DNA of 47,809 nucleotides from a virus (Duplodnaviria; Caudoviricetes): the IMG/VR virus record IMGVR_UViG_3300033076_000767, positions 1 to 47,809 of that record; one strand, written 5' to 3'. Within the stretch, counting starts at the first letter, position 1, and each line of letters starts with the position of its first letter. Shown here one piece after another: positions 10,110 to 18,452 of the stretch. Below the pieces are notes generated by a model. That model was given only the letters and a program-made list of their open reading frames with translations, ran no database searches and was not told the origin of the DNA. The position numbers and the translations under genes are program-made.

Positions 10110-10380
10110 GCCGTTCCATCGTTCCATCATTATGGAACGGTTAATGGAACGGGTTAGTGCTCTACAGCCCGCGTCCTTCGGGGCTTCTGGAGTTAGTGGT
10201 TACTCCGTTCCATCGTTCCATCTCACATCCCCCCATATTTGAATTTGAAAACCAGAGCTTTTCCGCGTACGCGCATGGAACGGTGGAACGCCGGGGGCTT
10301 TCTTCGAATGGGAGAGGGTGTTCCGTCACCCGTTCCATTATGGTGGAACGGTGGAACGGTCTTGGACCAGTTCCTGGGGC
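10110..10380. repeat. Origin-like element copy 1: 11 TGGAAC/GTTCCA boxes in tandem and inverted pairs
   Basis: GTTCCA at 10113, 10121, 10207, 10215, 10332; TGGAAC at 10133, 10145, 10276, 10284, 10344, 10352; CGCGTACGCG palindrome at 10264; homologous to 32690-32955 in inverted orientation. Confidence 0.85.
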
Positions 10381-10383
10381 TCG

Positions 10384-10661
10384 ATCGCCCCGACCACCCG
10401 GCATTGCGCCGGGGGTGTCGTTGGTACTCACAGCGTCAATTGATGCCACTGTGGCTTACTGCTTTCCCAACACGACTGGAGACTGCCTTTGTGTCGTCGC
10501 CCCGTGGCTGGCCATGTCACAGCCCTTTGGACTCAGAACGGCGCTGGGCGTCCCCCAGCAATCTCCATGCGTTTTGGTGTTGGTGCAGGGAGCCCACGGA
10601 GTCGTCGTAACTTACAAGGAAAGGAGCTAGTCCGAGTTACTGTGCACCAACTGGGGGCGAT
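10384..10661 (-). ncRNA. Putative ~280-nt multi-stem structured RNA of unknown family
   Basis: 8-bp closing stem 10384-10391/10654-10661 encloses several 6-10 bp helices; two helices contain G-U wobbles on the minus strand that would be A-C mismatches on the plus strand; no credible ORF. Confidence 0.55.
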
Positions 10662-11092
10662 TACAACACGGCACGCCGCAGGGCGTCAAGTAGTCCCTCG
10701 CTCCAGACGTTTTGCATATCCACCACCACTGCCGCCTTCCTCCAGTCGGCTTGGGTCCAGGTAAGCGATTCGCGGGCGGCGCGGGCGGCCTCGACGATGA
10801 ACACTTCGTGGTCGAATTGGACGAGTAGCCACCCGATCCCGCCGTGGGTTGCGTGCGCTCGCATCCAGTTGCGTTGGTGGGGCGTCCAACCGGGGATGTG
10901 CACCATCGTGCTGGGCCGCTTGGGCATTTGCGCCACTTTGAGTTCGATCCACCCGGCCAAGTCCATGGAGCGGATGTACAGATCGGGCGTTGCCCGCTTG
11001 ATCGTCCGATTCTCGATCCGTTCGATGAATATCCGATGTCCCATCTTTCGGTGGAACCAGTCGTACAGCCGTTGTTCAGGTAGTCTAGCCAT
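10661..11092 (-). CDS. PD-(D/E)xK nuclease (VRR-NUC/Holliday-junction resolvase-like)
   Basis: E..., RIEN....TPDLY.....WIELK, TPHQRNW...H...GG motifs. Confidence 0.8.
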   Translation of the reverse strand: MARLPEQRLYDWFHRKMGHRIFIERIENRTIKRATPDLYIRSMDLAGWIELKVAQMPKRPSTMVHIPGWTPHQRNWMRAHATHGGIGWLLVQFDHEVFIVEAARAARESLTWTQADWRKAAVVVDMQNVWSEGLLDALRRAVL

Positions 11093-11318
11093 TTGCTCGC
11101 TCTTTCATTGCATGTGTCGCGGCGTTCATGCCGCTGAGGTAGATCGCGGCGAGTGCTTGCTGGAATGTGCACCCGCCGTTGGTCATGTCGGCGAATATCT
11201 CCATCGCCTGTATTTCGATGAATTCCCGCTGTGCCAGCGACCCGAGGTTCACGCGCTCCAGATTGCGGGGTTGAGAACGCGCCAGGGTCGGTCGGATTGC
11301 GGTGGTGGGTCTAGACAT
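11085..11318 (-). CDS. Hypothetical protein
   Basis: Likely start MSRPTT (GGAG RBS); coupled to neighbouring genes. Confidence 0.55.
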   Translation of the reverse strand: MSRPTTAIRPTLARSQPRNLERVNLGSLAQREFIEIQAMEIFADMTNGGCTFQQALAAIYLSGMNAATHAMKERANG

Positions 11319-11432
11319 GCTCCGAACCCCCTTCGCTGGGCTCCCTTGGGGTCTCGGTTGCGTTCTCGTGGGGGTGGTCGCTATGTACATACCCGGACGG
11401 GTTCCGAGCGTCTCCCGTGGCCGCTCTCGCCC

Positions 11433-11741
11433 TCATCGCCGAATCCTCGTCCACGGCTCCAGCACCCGTGACTGGCTCTGCTCCAGTGCACGCAGGTCCT
11501 GGAGTGTTTCGCGGTGCACGAGTTCCAAGTCGTGCAGTCGCAGGTAGTTGTCGATTACGCTGAATCGATCGACCGATGGGAGAATCCAGGGGCGGCGGGG
11601 AAATCGAAGCCGCAGTCGTCGAACGGACAACTCGTGGCGGGGGATGGAGTACCAGACCCAGGCGAGGGTGATGCCGCCGGGGGTGGGTCGGAAATTGAGG
11701 CCCAGGCTCCAGTGCTGGCCCTCGACTTTGTAGTGAATCAT
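11433..11741 (-). CDS. Hypothetical protein
   Basis: 102 aa; GGAGG RBS; ATGA overlap. Confidence 0.55.
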   Translation of the reverse strand: MIHYKVEGQHWSLGLNFRPTPGGITLAWVWYSIPRHELSVRRLRLRFPRRPWILPSVDRFSVIDNYLRLHDLELVHRETLQDLRALEQSQSRVLEPWTRIRR

Positions 11742-11884
11742 CGCCTACCTCCAAACAGTGCGTCAAAAAAATCACCAATGAATGTGGCGAGGTACACTAG
11801 CCCGATGCCGATTGCGGCGACCAAGCCGATACCGGCAAGGAGGCCAAGGATGTAGATGACTAGAAATTCGAGAGTGTCCATCAT
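11738..11884 (-). CDS. Small membrane protein
   Basis: MMDTLEFLVIYILGLLAGIGLVAAIGIGLVYLATFIGDFF...; 48 aa; ATGA overlaps on both sides. Confidence 0.55.
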   Translation of the reverse strand: MMDTLEFLVIYILGLLAGIGLVAAIGIGLVYLATFIGDFFDALFGGRR

Positions 11885-12099
11885 TGCTCCCTCGCTTCTA
11901 TCATGGCGTCGGCGTAACGATAGGCAGATTTCATCATGTCAAAATCTGGGTTCTCTCGATGTATCGGTATCAGTGCCTGCAACGCCTTGGCCGCAAAGTA
12001 GTCGCGCAGGGTCATACCCTCGTGATAACCGCTAGCCGGCAGAGCCATCTTCTGCCAGTTGCTCGTGGGAAATGCTGGCCCACCAGTTTTTGGATTCAT
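11881..12099 (-). CDS. Conserved small phage protein (GGPAFP...GMTLRDYFAAKA type)
   Basis: Motif GGPAFP/GMTLRDYFAAKAL/AY..ADAM..AR, common in proteobacterial phages. Confidence 0.75.
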   Translation of the reverse strand: MNPKTGGPAFPTSNWQKMALPASGYHEGMTLRDYFAAKALQALIPIHRENPDFDMMKSAYRYADAMIEAREQ

Positions 12100-12254
12100 T
12101 TCCAGTACCCCTCGATGTACATATCGTAGAACGCCCAGCAGATCAGGTAGTCCCAGCTTATTTTGCGTGTGTGCTCGCTCGCGGGTCGGGCCTCCCAATA
12201 CATTTTAGCCATGTACAGGCACATTTCTCGACTTGGTGGTATCCCTTTTCTCAT
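12096..12254 (-). CDS. Hypothetical protein
   Basis: 52 aa MRKGIPPSREMCLYMAKMYW...; ATGA overlaps on both sides. Confidence 0.5.
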   Translation of the reverse strand: MRKGIPPSREMCLYMAKMYWEARPASEHTRKISWDYLICWAFYDMYIEGYWK

Positions 12255-12691
12255 TTCAATACCTTTCGAATAGCGTTCAGTGCCCGCATGGTCGCCACCC
12301 CGGCGTTGGGCGCGTCGTCCAAGATCGCGGGGTTGACTCCTAGGCGTTGCAGAAGCGCTCGCCGCTCAGAACGTCCGTTGCACTCGGACCACAGGGACTG
12401 GGCGCGGTCGGGGGACCGGGTGGGCTTCGGGGGTAGCTCGTAGGCCCTCCGTGGGGTCTCCCTTGCGTTCTGGACCACGGGTTGGGGTTGATGTACCGGG
12501 GCGGGTCTCGACGCGCTCCCGGAGCCTCTCGTCACGATCCGACCGCCAGCGATCGTCGTGCCATCGGGCAGTGCAAATTTCGTCCCGTTGCGGGCGGCAT
12601 ACTCGCCCTTGGCCCACCAGGGGATGTAGTAGGGATCCCCGATGGGGCGGGGGCAGTGTTCGGCCAGTGCGGCCTCGGCGGGGTGGGTCAT
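12251..12691 (-). CDS. Hypothetical protein
   Basis: 146 aa; C-terminal NAGVATMRALNAIR resembles the NPGMQRMNLGNMLR end of 12915-13460. Confidence 0.6.
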   Translation of the reverse strand: MTHPAEAALAEHCPRPIGDPYYIPWWAKGEYAARNGTKFALPDGTTIAGGRIVTRGSGSASRPAPVHQPQPVVQNARETPRRAYELPPKPTRSPDRAQSLWSECNGRSERRALLQRLGVNPAILDDAPNAGVATMRALNAIRKVLK

Positions 12692-12698
12692 CGCGGCT

Positions 12699-12908
12699 TC
12701 ATCCTCTCATATGCTTATTGATGAATGTCTCCAGTGCTTGGAACAGTTGCCACTGGTCGATCGGGCGTTCCGATTCTGGGTGCTGTTCAAACTCGGCGTC
12801 GATTCGGGGGAAATCGACTCGGGCGGTGAAGCGAGCCCGCTGGCCCTCCAGCAGGATTTCGCCCTCGATGGTTGCGCGGTCGGCGCGAATGCGAGCGGAG
12901 ATACCCAT
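12699..12908 (-). CDS. Hypothetical protein
   Basis: 69 aa; GGAGG upstream. Confidence 0.5.
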   Translation of the reverse strand: MGISARIRADRATIEGEILLEGQRARFTARVDFPRIDAEFEQHPESERPIDQWQLFQALETFINKHMRG

Positions 12909-12914
12909 AGCGGT

Positions 12915-13460
12915 TCAGGCCTCCACTTTCGCGGCTTGGCGGCGCACGCGGCGGAGCATATTGCCCAGGTTCATGCGTTGCATGCCGGGGTTTAGGTGCT
13001 CGAATCGGGCGATCAGGTCGCGGGTGGAGACCCGAGCTTCGCGCGAGACGATCTGGTATACATCCGCCAGTTCCAGCACTCGCAGTTCCAGCGCCACCGC
13101 ATCGCCTTTGTCCACTGAGCGGCGGGTCGAGCCGTCGTCGCGCAACTGGCTGTAGGCTTCGTACTGGGGCAGGTAGCCCGCGTACACGACACCATTGAGG
13201 CGCTCATCTGCCGATTTGCGCTCGCGCGGTGCGGCGGGGGTCTTGGTGGCGGGCGCTTTCGCGGCCTTCTTGGCGCGGCCCATTGTGGCCTCGTACACGC
13301 GGTAGGCTTCGCCCGTCAGGGTCGTGTGCTTGTACAGCGCCCCATTGCGCACCTTCATTTCGCGCGAGTCCGCGCCCAGTGTGTGCACCGTGGTCCACCC
13401 GCCGTTAACTGCCACGATTTCGACCTGTTCGCCCGTTTTGGTGATGATTGCGATTTGCAT
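12915..13460 (-). CDS. Hypothetical early protein
   Basis: 181 aa; first gene after a promoter cassette; AGAGGA RBS. Confidence 0.7.
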   Translation of the reverse strand: MQIAIITKTGEQVEIVAVNGGWTTVHTLGADSREMKVRNGALYKHTTLTGEAYRVYEATMGRAKKAAKAPATKTPAAPRERKSADERLNGVVYAGYLPQYEAYSQLRDDGSTRRSVDKGDAVALELRVLELADVYQIVSREARVSTRDLIARFEHLNPGMQRMNLGNMLRRVRRQAAKVEA

Positions 13461-13466
13461 TTGGTG

Positions 13467-13530
13467 TGTCCTCTATTGGTTGATTGAAAGATTCTATTAT
13501 ACCACCCGTGAAATACCTAGTCAAGTATAC
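13467..13530 (-). promoter_or_regulatory. sigma70 promoter/leader cassette
   Basis: TTGACT (13524-13519), 17 bp, TATAAT (13501-13496), TG extended -10; leader ends AATAGAGGAC. Confidence 0.85.
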
Positions 13531-13538
13531 CGACGGTA

Positions 13539-13814
13539 TTAATTGCCGCTCCCCGCCGAGGGGTCAAGAATCGTGTCGACGTACTCCTGCACGTTCGAGT
13601 CCCACTGCACTTCGGGCCAGTAGACGACGAAATCGCGGCCCATATGATCCACGACGGCCCCGAATTTGGGCAGGTCTTCCAGATCGCCGCCGCGCGTTAC
13701 GATGGCGGCGACACAGCGAGCGCCGTACATGCCCCGGCCCGAATAGGGGATGGGCACGAGGCCCCGGTTGAAGATGGAGTCGAGCAGATCGGCGGTGGTG
13801 TTGAGTAGAATCAT
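13539..13814 (-). CDS. Hypothetical protein
   Basis: 91 aa; PYSGRGMYGARC motif; AGGAG upstream. Confidence 0.65.
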   Translation of the reverse strand: MILLNTTADLLDSIFNRGLVPIPYSGRGMYGARCVAAIVTRGGDLEDLPKFGAVVDHMGRDFVVYWPEVQWDSNVQEYVDTILDPSAGSGN

Positions 13815-13821
13815 TGCTCGA

Positions 13822-14130
13822 TCACTCCTGCTCGGTGGTGGCGGGAGTCATGACTCGGTGCTCCATCGCGTAGGAGAACAGCACCCATTTCGCCCGGTTG
13901 ATCATTTGGCGTGCATCCTCCACCTGCATGAACGAATAGGTACCGCCCTGGTCGTGCGCGATCATCTCCTGCGCATCCGAAAGCAAGCTCGCGGCGTACA
14001 TGGCGGGGCCGGTGAAACGGAAGGTCAGGGATTCCTCGACCGCTTCGCGCATCTGGTCCACCGTGCACCCGTACATCCGCACTTCGCGTCGCTGGGCATC
14101 GGTCATTTGGTCGTAGGTTCGAAAGTTCAT
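13822..14130 (-). CDS. Hypothetical early protein
   Basis: 102 aa; directly after a promoter cassette. Confidence 0.7.
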   Translation of the reverse strand: MNFRTYDQMTDAQRREVRMYGCTVDQMREAVEESLTFRFTGPAMYAASLLSDAQEMIAHDQGGTYSFMQVEDARQMINRAKWVLFSYAMEHRVMTPATTEQE

Positions 14131-14136
14131 GGCGTT

Positions 14137-14199
14137 TGTCCTCTATCTGTTGTTGAAAGACTTCATTATACCACCCGTGGGATACTTTGTCAAGTATAC
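14137..14199 (-). promoter_or_regulatory. sigma70 promoter/leader cassette
   Basis: TTGACA (14193-14188), 17 bp, TATAAT (14170-14165); perfect consensus; GATAGAGGAC RBS. Confidence 0.9.
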
Positions 14200-14233
14200 C
14201 TTTCCCCGCTCGTCCTCCCATCCGAGGAGGCCG

Positions 14234-14470
14234 TCAGGGCCGTAGAATGGGTGGCAGTTCGACGGAATTCGGCGACGGATGGACCACCACCGACGCAGTT
14301 GGAACATTCGGATTGTCAGTCGAAACAGTACTTGCCGCATTGGATACCTCCCCATTTAATATTACCATTGTCACGCCCCCGCATCGCGGGCATCGGTAGA
14401 ATTGGAATCGATTGCCACTCATCGGATCGATCGTGAATTCGAATTCGGCCCATCGGTGTTTACAGGTCAT
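14234..14470 (-). CDS. Small Cys-rich protein
   Basis: MTCKHRW...CPRCG; AGGAG RBS. The 3' half overlaps an alternative ORF (14143-14340) that has a strong RBS. Confidence 0.4.
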   Translation of the reverse strand: MTCKHRWAEFEFTIDPMSGNRFQFYRCPRCGGVTMVILNGEVSNAASTVSTDNPNVPTASVVVHPSPNSVELPPILRP

Positions 14471-14724
14471 TGGTTCTTCTCCTTGAGTTTGGCTTCGACA
14501 GCGCGAGCATAGGAATAAGGTAAAACCAACCAATTCCCTTGGTGCTTCTCGGCAATGGTTGGGTCTTCAAGAATTGCACCGATCTCCTCATCCGTCAGCC
14601 AAACCCATGTGCGCTGTGTAATAGGCTCAAATTTCAAGCCGCAGTCAACACAAGACCAAAGACCGCTTGGCTGTTGCGTATCTTCAAACACCCATGTTCT
14701 GATTTGTCTGTGTCCGCAAGTCAT
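14467..14724 (-). CDS. Hypothetical protein (CxxC plus WVxLTDEEI/AxEAKLKEKN motifs)
   Basis: 85 aa; C-terminus paralogous to 14721-15302. Confidence 0.65.
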   Translation of the reverse strand: MTCGHRQIRTWVFEDTQQPSGLWSCVDCGLKFEPITQRTWVWLTDEEIGAILEDPTIAEKHQGNWLVLPYSYARAVEAKLKEKNQ

Positions 14725-15302
14725 GTGTTCTTCTCCTTGAGTTTGGCTTCGATGGCGTAAGCAGTTTCAAAAATCCATGTGTCTGCGCCATCAATTCCAG
14801 CACATTCACATATTTCCTCGTCCGTCAGCCCAACCCATGTGCGCTGTGGTGGGGTGGTGTAGAGCGCCTGCACGTTGCGAACCAACCCATCCCCATTCCA
14901 AGGTTTAAGCCGAGAAAGCGCCAGTTTCCACTGTTGCCCACGCAAGTCGGTTGGGCCAAATCTGGCTTGCTCATACATCCACGCCACAGGCTCCTGCTCT
15001 GGCTCTTTGGGTATCAATTCAAACATATCTGCGACTTGCTCGTTTGTGTAAACGCCAATGTGCGAATCAGGAAACTTGACCCATTGACGGTCTGTTCCTG
15101 AAATGTGAATGACGCACCATTCTTCTGTCTCAAGGCAAAGCAACCTGTCACCGCGCCGATATTTACGTTTAGGCTCCTGCTCTGGCTGTGCCAACAGTCC
15201 ATCAAGCACAGCGTCCAGTTGTTCTTTTCTTGCGTGATGTTCTTCACTGCCGCCGCTTATGCGGTACGCCTCGATCAGTTCCCAAAGTTTTAGTTTTGTC
15301 AT
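14721..15302 (-). CDS. Mosaic QEPVAW-type phage accessory protein
   Basis: QPEQEP/QEPVAW, LYTTPPQRTWVGLTDEEI, AIEAKLKEKN motifs; start MTKLKL with ATGA overlap. Confidence 0.7.
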   Translation of the reverse strand: MTKLKLWELIEAYRISGGSEEHHARKEQLDAVLDGLLAQPEQEPKRKYRRGDRLLCLETEEWCVIHISGTDRQWVKFPDSHIGVYTNEQVADMFELIPKEPEQEPVAWMYEQARFGPTDLRGQQWKLALSRLKPWNGDGLVRNVQALYTTPPQRTWVGLTDEEICECAGIDGADTWIFETAYAIEAKLKEKNT

Positions 15303-16036
15303 GCCACCGCCTTTTCGTAGCATTCGAGTTGCGCGATGCATCGGAGAATGAGGTCACTAACCCCGCCATTCACGAGTGATCGCTTTGCATCGACCGTGTA
15401 GAGCTTGTTCTGCACCGAATGCGAGACGAATTTGGTCATCAGGAACACGTGGTCCGCACCCGGCCAATCGCGCGATCGGGCCTCTTCCGCAGTCAAAAAA
15501 GCGAGATCGACGTTGCACCCGCGAAAGTCCTTCTCCACCGTTTGGGCTTGCGCCGGGAGCAGTCCGATAATGAGGAATCGGGGGCGGCGCGGCCGCACGG
15601 GCGAGGAATCCGCCATTGCACGACGAATGTCCGCATTGTGCTTCGCGTATTCACGATCGAATTGCCGCTCGGCCTCCTGCCCGAAGTCTTTTCGCAGTCG
15701 AGCGCTGACCCGCTCGTACACTTGGTCCGCGATTCGCTCGACGAGTTGCTCGAAAATCGCCCCGATCCCCAGCGGCTCGACCACCGGCGGCGAGACCGGC
15801 GGGGTGGTTCGTTTCTCGCTTCGCGATTGATTCGCGATCTGCATCGCCCGCTCGATCATGGCTTTGTGCGCAAACGCTCGCTGGTGCGTGATCTTCCCTC
15901 GCCGCTCCATCGGTAACTGCTGTTGCGCGATTCGCAACGCCTCGACTCGGCCCATGGTCGCGTACTTCAAGAATGCATCGACGAGTCCAGCCTCAACCAC
16001 CCGTTTCTCGTCTCTCGTCCAAACGACTCTACCCAT
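15299..16036 (-). CDS. Hypothetical protein with C-terminal DUF2325-like domain
   Basis: FLIIG...ADHVFLMTKFVSHS pattern; GATAGAGGAC RBS. Confidence 0.55.
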   Translation of the reverse strand: MGRVVWTRDEKRVVEAGLVDAFLKYATMGRVEALRIAQQQLPMERRGKITHQRAFAHKAMIERAMQIANQSRSEKRTTPPVSPPVVEPLGIGAIFEQLVERIADQVYERVSARLRKDFGQEAERQFDREYAKHNADIRRAMADSSPVRPRRPRFLIIGLLPAQAQTVEKDFRGCNVDLAFLTAEEARSRDWPGADHVFLMTKFVSHSVQNKLYTVDAKRSLVNGGVSDLILRCIAQLECYEKAVA

Positions 16037-16056
16037 TTTTACTGTCCTCTATCGTC

Positions 16057-16086
16057 AAAAAGGGGGTGACCCTTTCGAGCCACCCC
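16057..16086 (-). terminator. Rho-independent terminator
   Basis: GGGGTGGCTC-GAAA-GGGTCACCCC followed by CTTTTT. Confidence 0.75.
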
Positions 16087-16127
16087 AACCGAAGTGCAAC
16101 TGCGCGGGAGCTACCCCGCGCCCCATT

Positions 16128-17102
16128 TTATACCAGCGCGAGCGCGTTGTCCAACGCCGCCTTTTTGAGTCTCGCGCCAGCACCAAACCACGCGGACTGG
16201 AGTCGCGTGTCCTGACTCCGCGCCACCTTCTCGTGGTCCACCATCCGGGTGATCGCGTTGACCAGACCCCAGGCCGTGCCGTTCGCGGTCTTGGTCCGCT
16301 GGCCCACGCCGTCGAGGTAGATGTCGGTCACGAGCTTGAGCATCGGACGCTTGGCCTCCATGTCGATCTCGTCCTCGTCCGGGTACAGGGTGTCGAGGAA
16401 ATACTTGGTCGCCTCCTCTTTGCTGACCTTGCGCTTGGCCAGCTTCGTCGCTTCTTTGCGGAATCGCTCCCACGTGCCGCCGATCAGACCCAGTTCGGCT
16501 TTCACGCGCTCGGGGTTGAATGTGGTGCTGTGCGGAATGCGGATCTGGCCGCTCTTGTTCTCCACCGACACGCTCAGGGTGTTTTGGCACACCACCCGCA
16601 CCGTGGTGAATTGCGCCACATTCGAGAGCGTGCCATCGCAGGAGGTGGCGAGGAGCAGGTAGGGGAGAACCACATCGCCGCCGCCCACATCGAACGCATC
16701 GTCGGCCTTGGCGAGTGCCCAGTAAGTAGCACCACCGCGAAGCATGCCCGCAGTCTCCATCTTGAACCCGCCCACTTCGGTCAGTTCGCGAAAGAATTCC
16801 ATCACGTCGCGCGGCTGGGTGATGCGGTAATTGCTGGACATGACCGAGAGCGGTGCGCCGGTGTCGGAGCGATACAGCGCCCAACGGTTCGGGACAGTCT
16901 GCATGCGCACCGGGTTGTCCTCCTCGTCGCGGACCTCGTAGGCGATCGCGCCCTTTTTCACTTCCCAGTTGAATCCCGCCTCGCGGGTCCAGGTGTCGAT
17001 CGAAGCGCCAGCGGACAATTCCTGCCCGAGTCCATGCCAGGGCTTCTCGCCGACGAAAGCCATGTTTGCGCGACCATTGGAAAAATCAAGTTCGTGAGCC
17101 AT
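16128..17102 (-). CDS. DUF932-family phage/plasmid protein
   Basis: MAHELD...KPWHGLG, ETAG.LRGG...WALA, YLLLATSCDG, VRVVCQNTL, GTAWGLVNAIT. Confidence 0.85.
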   Translation of the reverse strand: MAHELDFSNGRANMAFVGEKPWHGLGQELSAGASIDTWTREAGFNWEVKKGAIAYEVRDEEDNPVRMQTVPNRWALYRSDTGAPLSVMSSNYRITQPRDVMEFFRELTEVGGFKMETAGMLRGGATYWALAKADDAFDVGGGDVVLPYLLLATSCDGTLSNVAQFTTVRVVCQNTLSVSVENKSGQIRIPHSTTFNPERVKAELGLIGGTWERFRKEATKLAKRKVSKEEATKYFLDTLYPDEDEIDMEAKRPMLKLVTDIYLDGVGQRTKTANGTAWGLVNAITRMVDHEKVARSQDTRLQSAWFGAGARLKKAALDNALALV

Positions 17103-17108
17103 TCTTTA

Positions 17109-17170
17109 GTCCTCTATCGGTTGGTTGAAAAGATTCTATTATACCACCGGTCCAATACCTTGTCAAGTAT
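17109..17170 (-). promoter_or_regulatory. sigma70 promoter/leader cassette
   Basis: TTGACA (17166-17161), 17 bp, TATAAT (17143-17138); GATAGAGGAC RBS. Confidence 0.9.
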
Positions 17171-17177
17171 TGTCCGA

Positions 17178-17378
17178 TCAATCCACTACATCCCAGGATT
17201 TGCTCCTGTGGCCGCACTGGGAGCATTCCCAGCAACATCTCGCCCATCCGAGCCCAATGCGCGAATCGTATCGACTTTGCAACATGATCACCTCCATCTC
17301 GGTTCGGCAAACGGGGCAGACCTCCTCCCCCGATTCGTCTTCGTCTTCTTCATGGTCCGTGGGTTCCTCATTCATCAT
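17178..17378 (-). CDS. Small Zn-ribbon protein
   Basis: CPVC...CSQC with an acidic N-terminus. Confidence 0.55.
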   Translation of the reverse strand: MMNEEPTDHEEDEDESGEEVCPVCRTEMEVIMLQSRYDSRIGLGWARCCWECSQCGHRSKSWDVVD

Positions 17379-17481
17379 TGAGCCGCTCCGCGATGAATAC
17401 GACGCCGATGACGATGAGCACGGAGATGATCGCGAAAAGCATGATCAAGCCGAAAGCGATTAACGCACTCCCGATCTGCAT
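17368..17481 (-). CDS. Small membrane peptide
   Basis: MQIGSALIAFGLIMLFAIISVLIVIGVVFIAERLNDE; 37 aa; single hydrophobic stretch. Confidence 0.45.
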   Translation of the reverse strand: MQIGSALIAFGLIMLFAIISVLIVIGVVFIAERLNDE

Positions 17482-17520
17482 CAAAAGGGTGCCAATTCCC
17501 ATGAGTTCCTCTCCTCCCAT

Positions 17521-17727
17521 TTAATCCGTCTCCCCACTCTCTTCATCTCCGATTCGGTGACCCGTTGAAACGGATCGATTGGGTAGCCGAGTGAGTAGAG
17601 CCGCAGGATTTGGGGCTTCCATCTCTCCCAGTCTTGCTCGCAAGGATCGGACCTCGCGCTCGAGTTCGTGGATTCGGGCAAGGGCCTCGCCGAGTCGCAA
17701 GTCAAGTTCTCGTTCGGCATCGGTCAT
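17521..17727 (-). CDS. Hypothetical coiled-coil protein
   Basis: MTDAERELDLRLGEAL...; GGAGGG RBS. Confidence 0.45.
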   Translation of the reverse strand: MTDAERELDLRLGEALARIHELEREVRSLRARLGEMEAPNPAALLTRLPNRSVSTGHRIGDEESGETD

Positions 17728-17806
17728 CCCGCCCTCCAAAAGAGCAGGTCGGCGGCGACTGCCGCGACGGCGAGGAGGTAGACGACGATCAAAGCGGTAC
17801 GAATAC

Positions 17807-18109
17807 TCATAGGATCTCCATCTGGCGAATGTTCATCTTTTCCACTTCGACCGTGTGCTCCGCGCACCACTTCTCGCCCAATGCTTCGCGAGCGGCGGCG
17901 GTATCGAGACGGTTCTCGCTGGTGAATTTCACTTCCAACTGGTAGTGGCGACCCTTGTAGATCGTGTCGCTCCCGGCGCAGTCCTCGCGCAGTGCCTCTT
18001 TCAGCACCTTCTCGCGGGCGGTCAGGGCTTTCAACTGATCACGCACTTGGGCCAACTCGTCCACGACGGCGGCGGTGATCTCGATTCGGGCTTTGGTTTT
18101 GACGGTCAT
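17807..18109 (-). CDS. Hypothetical early protein
   Basis: Start reassigned to MTVKTK (ATG 18109) after the cassette RBS; 100 aa with a coiled coil. Confidence 0.7.
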   Translation of the reverse strand: MTVKTKARIEITAAVVDELAQVRDQLKALTAREKVLKEALREDCAGSDTIYKGRHYQLEVKFTSENRLDTAAAREALGEKWCAEHTVEVEKMNIRQMEIL

Positions 18110-18114
18110 TGCTT

Positions 18115-18174
18115 TGTCCTCTATTGGCTGTTGAAAAGGTTCTATTATACCACCCGTGCTACACCTTGTCAATT
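18115..18174 (-). promoter_or_regulatory. sigma70 promoter/leader cassette
   Basis: TTGACA (18172-18167), 17 bp, TATAAT (18149-18144); AATAGAGGAC RBS. Confidence 0.9.
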
Positions 18175-18452
18175 ATCCGGATCGCCACAATGTGGGCGTA
18201 CCCCGCGATATCGACCCAGGAGTCACGGTTGTTGGGGTTGCCGTTCAAAATCCGAGCGACTTTGTGCATGATCATGTCGAGCGACTCGCGCTGATGGGCG
18301 TTGAGCCGGTTCCATCCCTCGGTGCTTCGAACGTAGTTCTTGAGGTACTGCGCCAGCGTTGCCTGGGTGGCGAAATCGCCGTACTCGCGGCCCCGCTCGG
18401 CGGTCACCTTCTCGATGTTATCCTCTTGCACGTACCAGTCCTCCTTTTGCAT
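18159..18452 (-). CDS. DUF6378-like protein
   Basis: ERGREYGDF...LDMIMHKVARILNG....DSWVDIAGYA motif. Confidence 0.75.
   Translation of the reverse strand: MQKEDWYVQEDNIEKVTAERGREYGDFATQATLAQYLKNYVRSTEGWNRLNAHQRESLDMIMHKVARILNGNPNNRDSWVDIAGYAHIVAIRIIDKV

Noticed and set aside
10110-10380. TGGAAC/GTTCCA repeats as a CRISPR array
   Set aside because: Units are only 6-8 bp, in both orientations and irregularly spaced; no cas genes.
10157-10630. ORFs across the repeat/RNA block (10157-10630 +, 10162-10449 -, 10239-10610 +) and 32537-32881 +
   Set aside because: Translations merely reflect the DNA repeats (MERWNG, FHRS); no RBS or protein-like features.
14467-15302. Diversity-generating retroelement TR/VR pair
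   Set aside because: Repeats are only ~16-31 bp and no reverse transcriptase is present.
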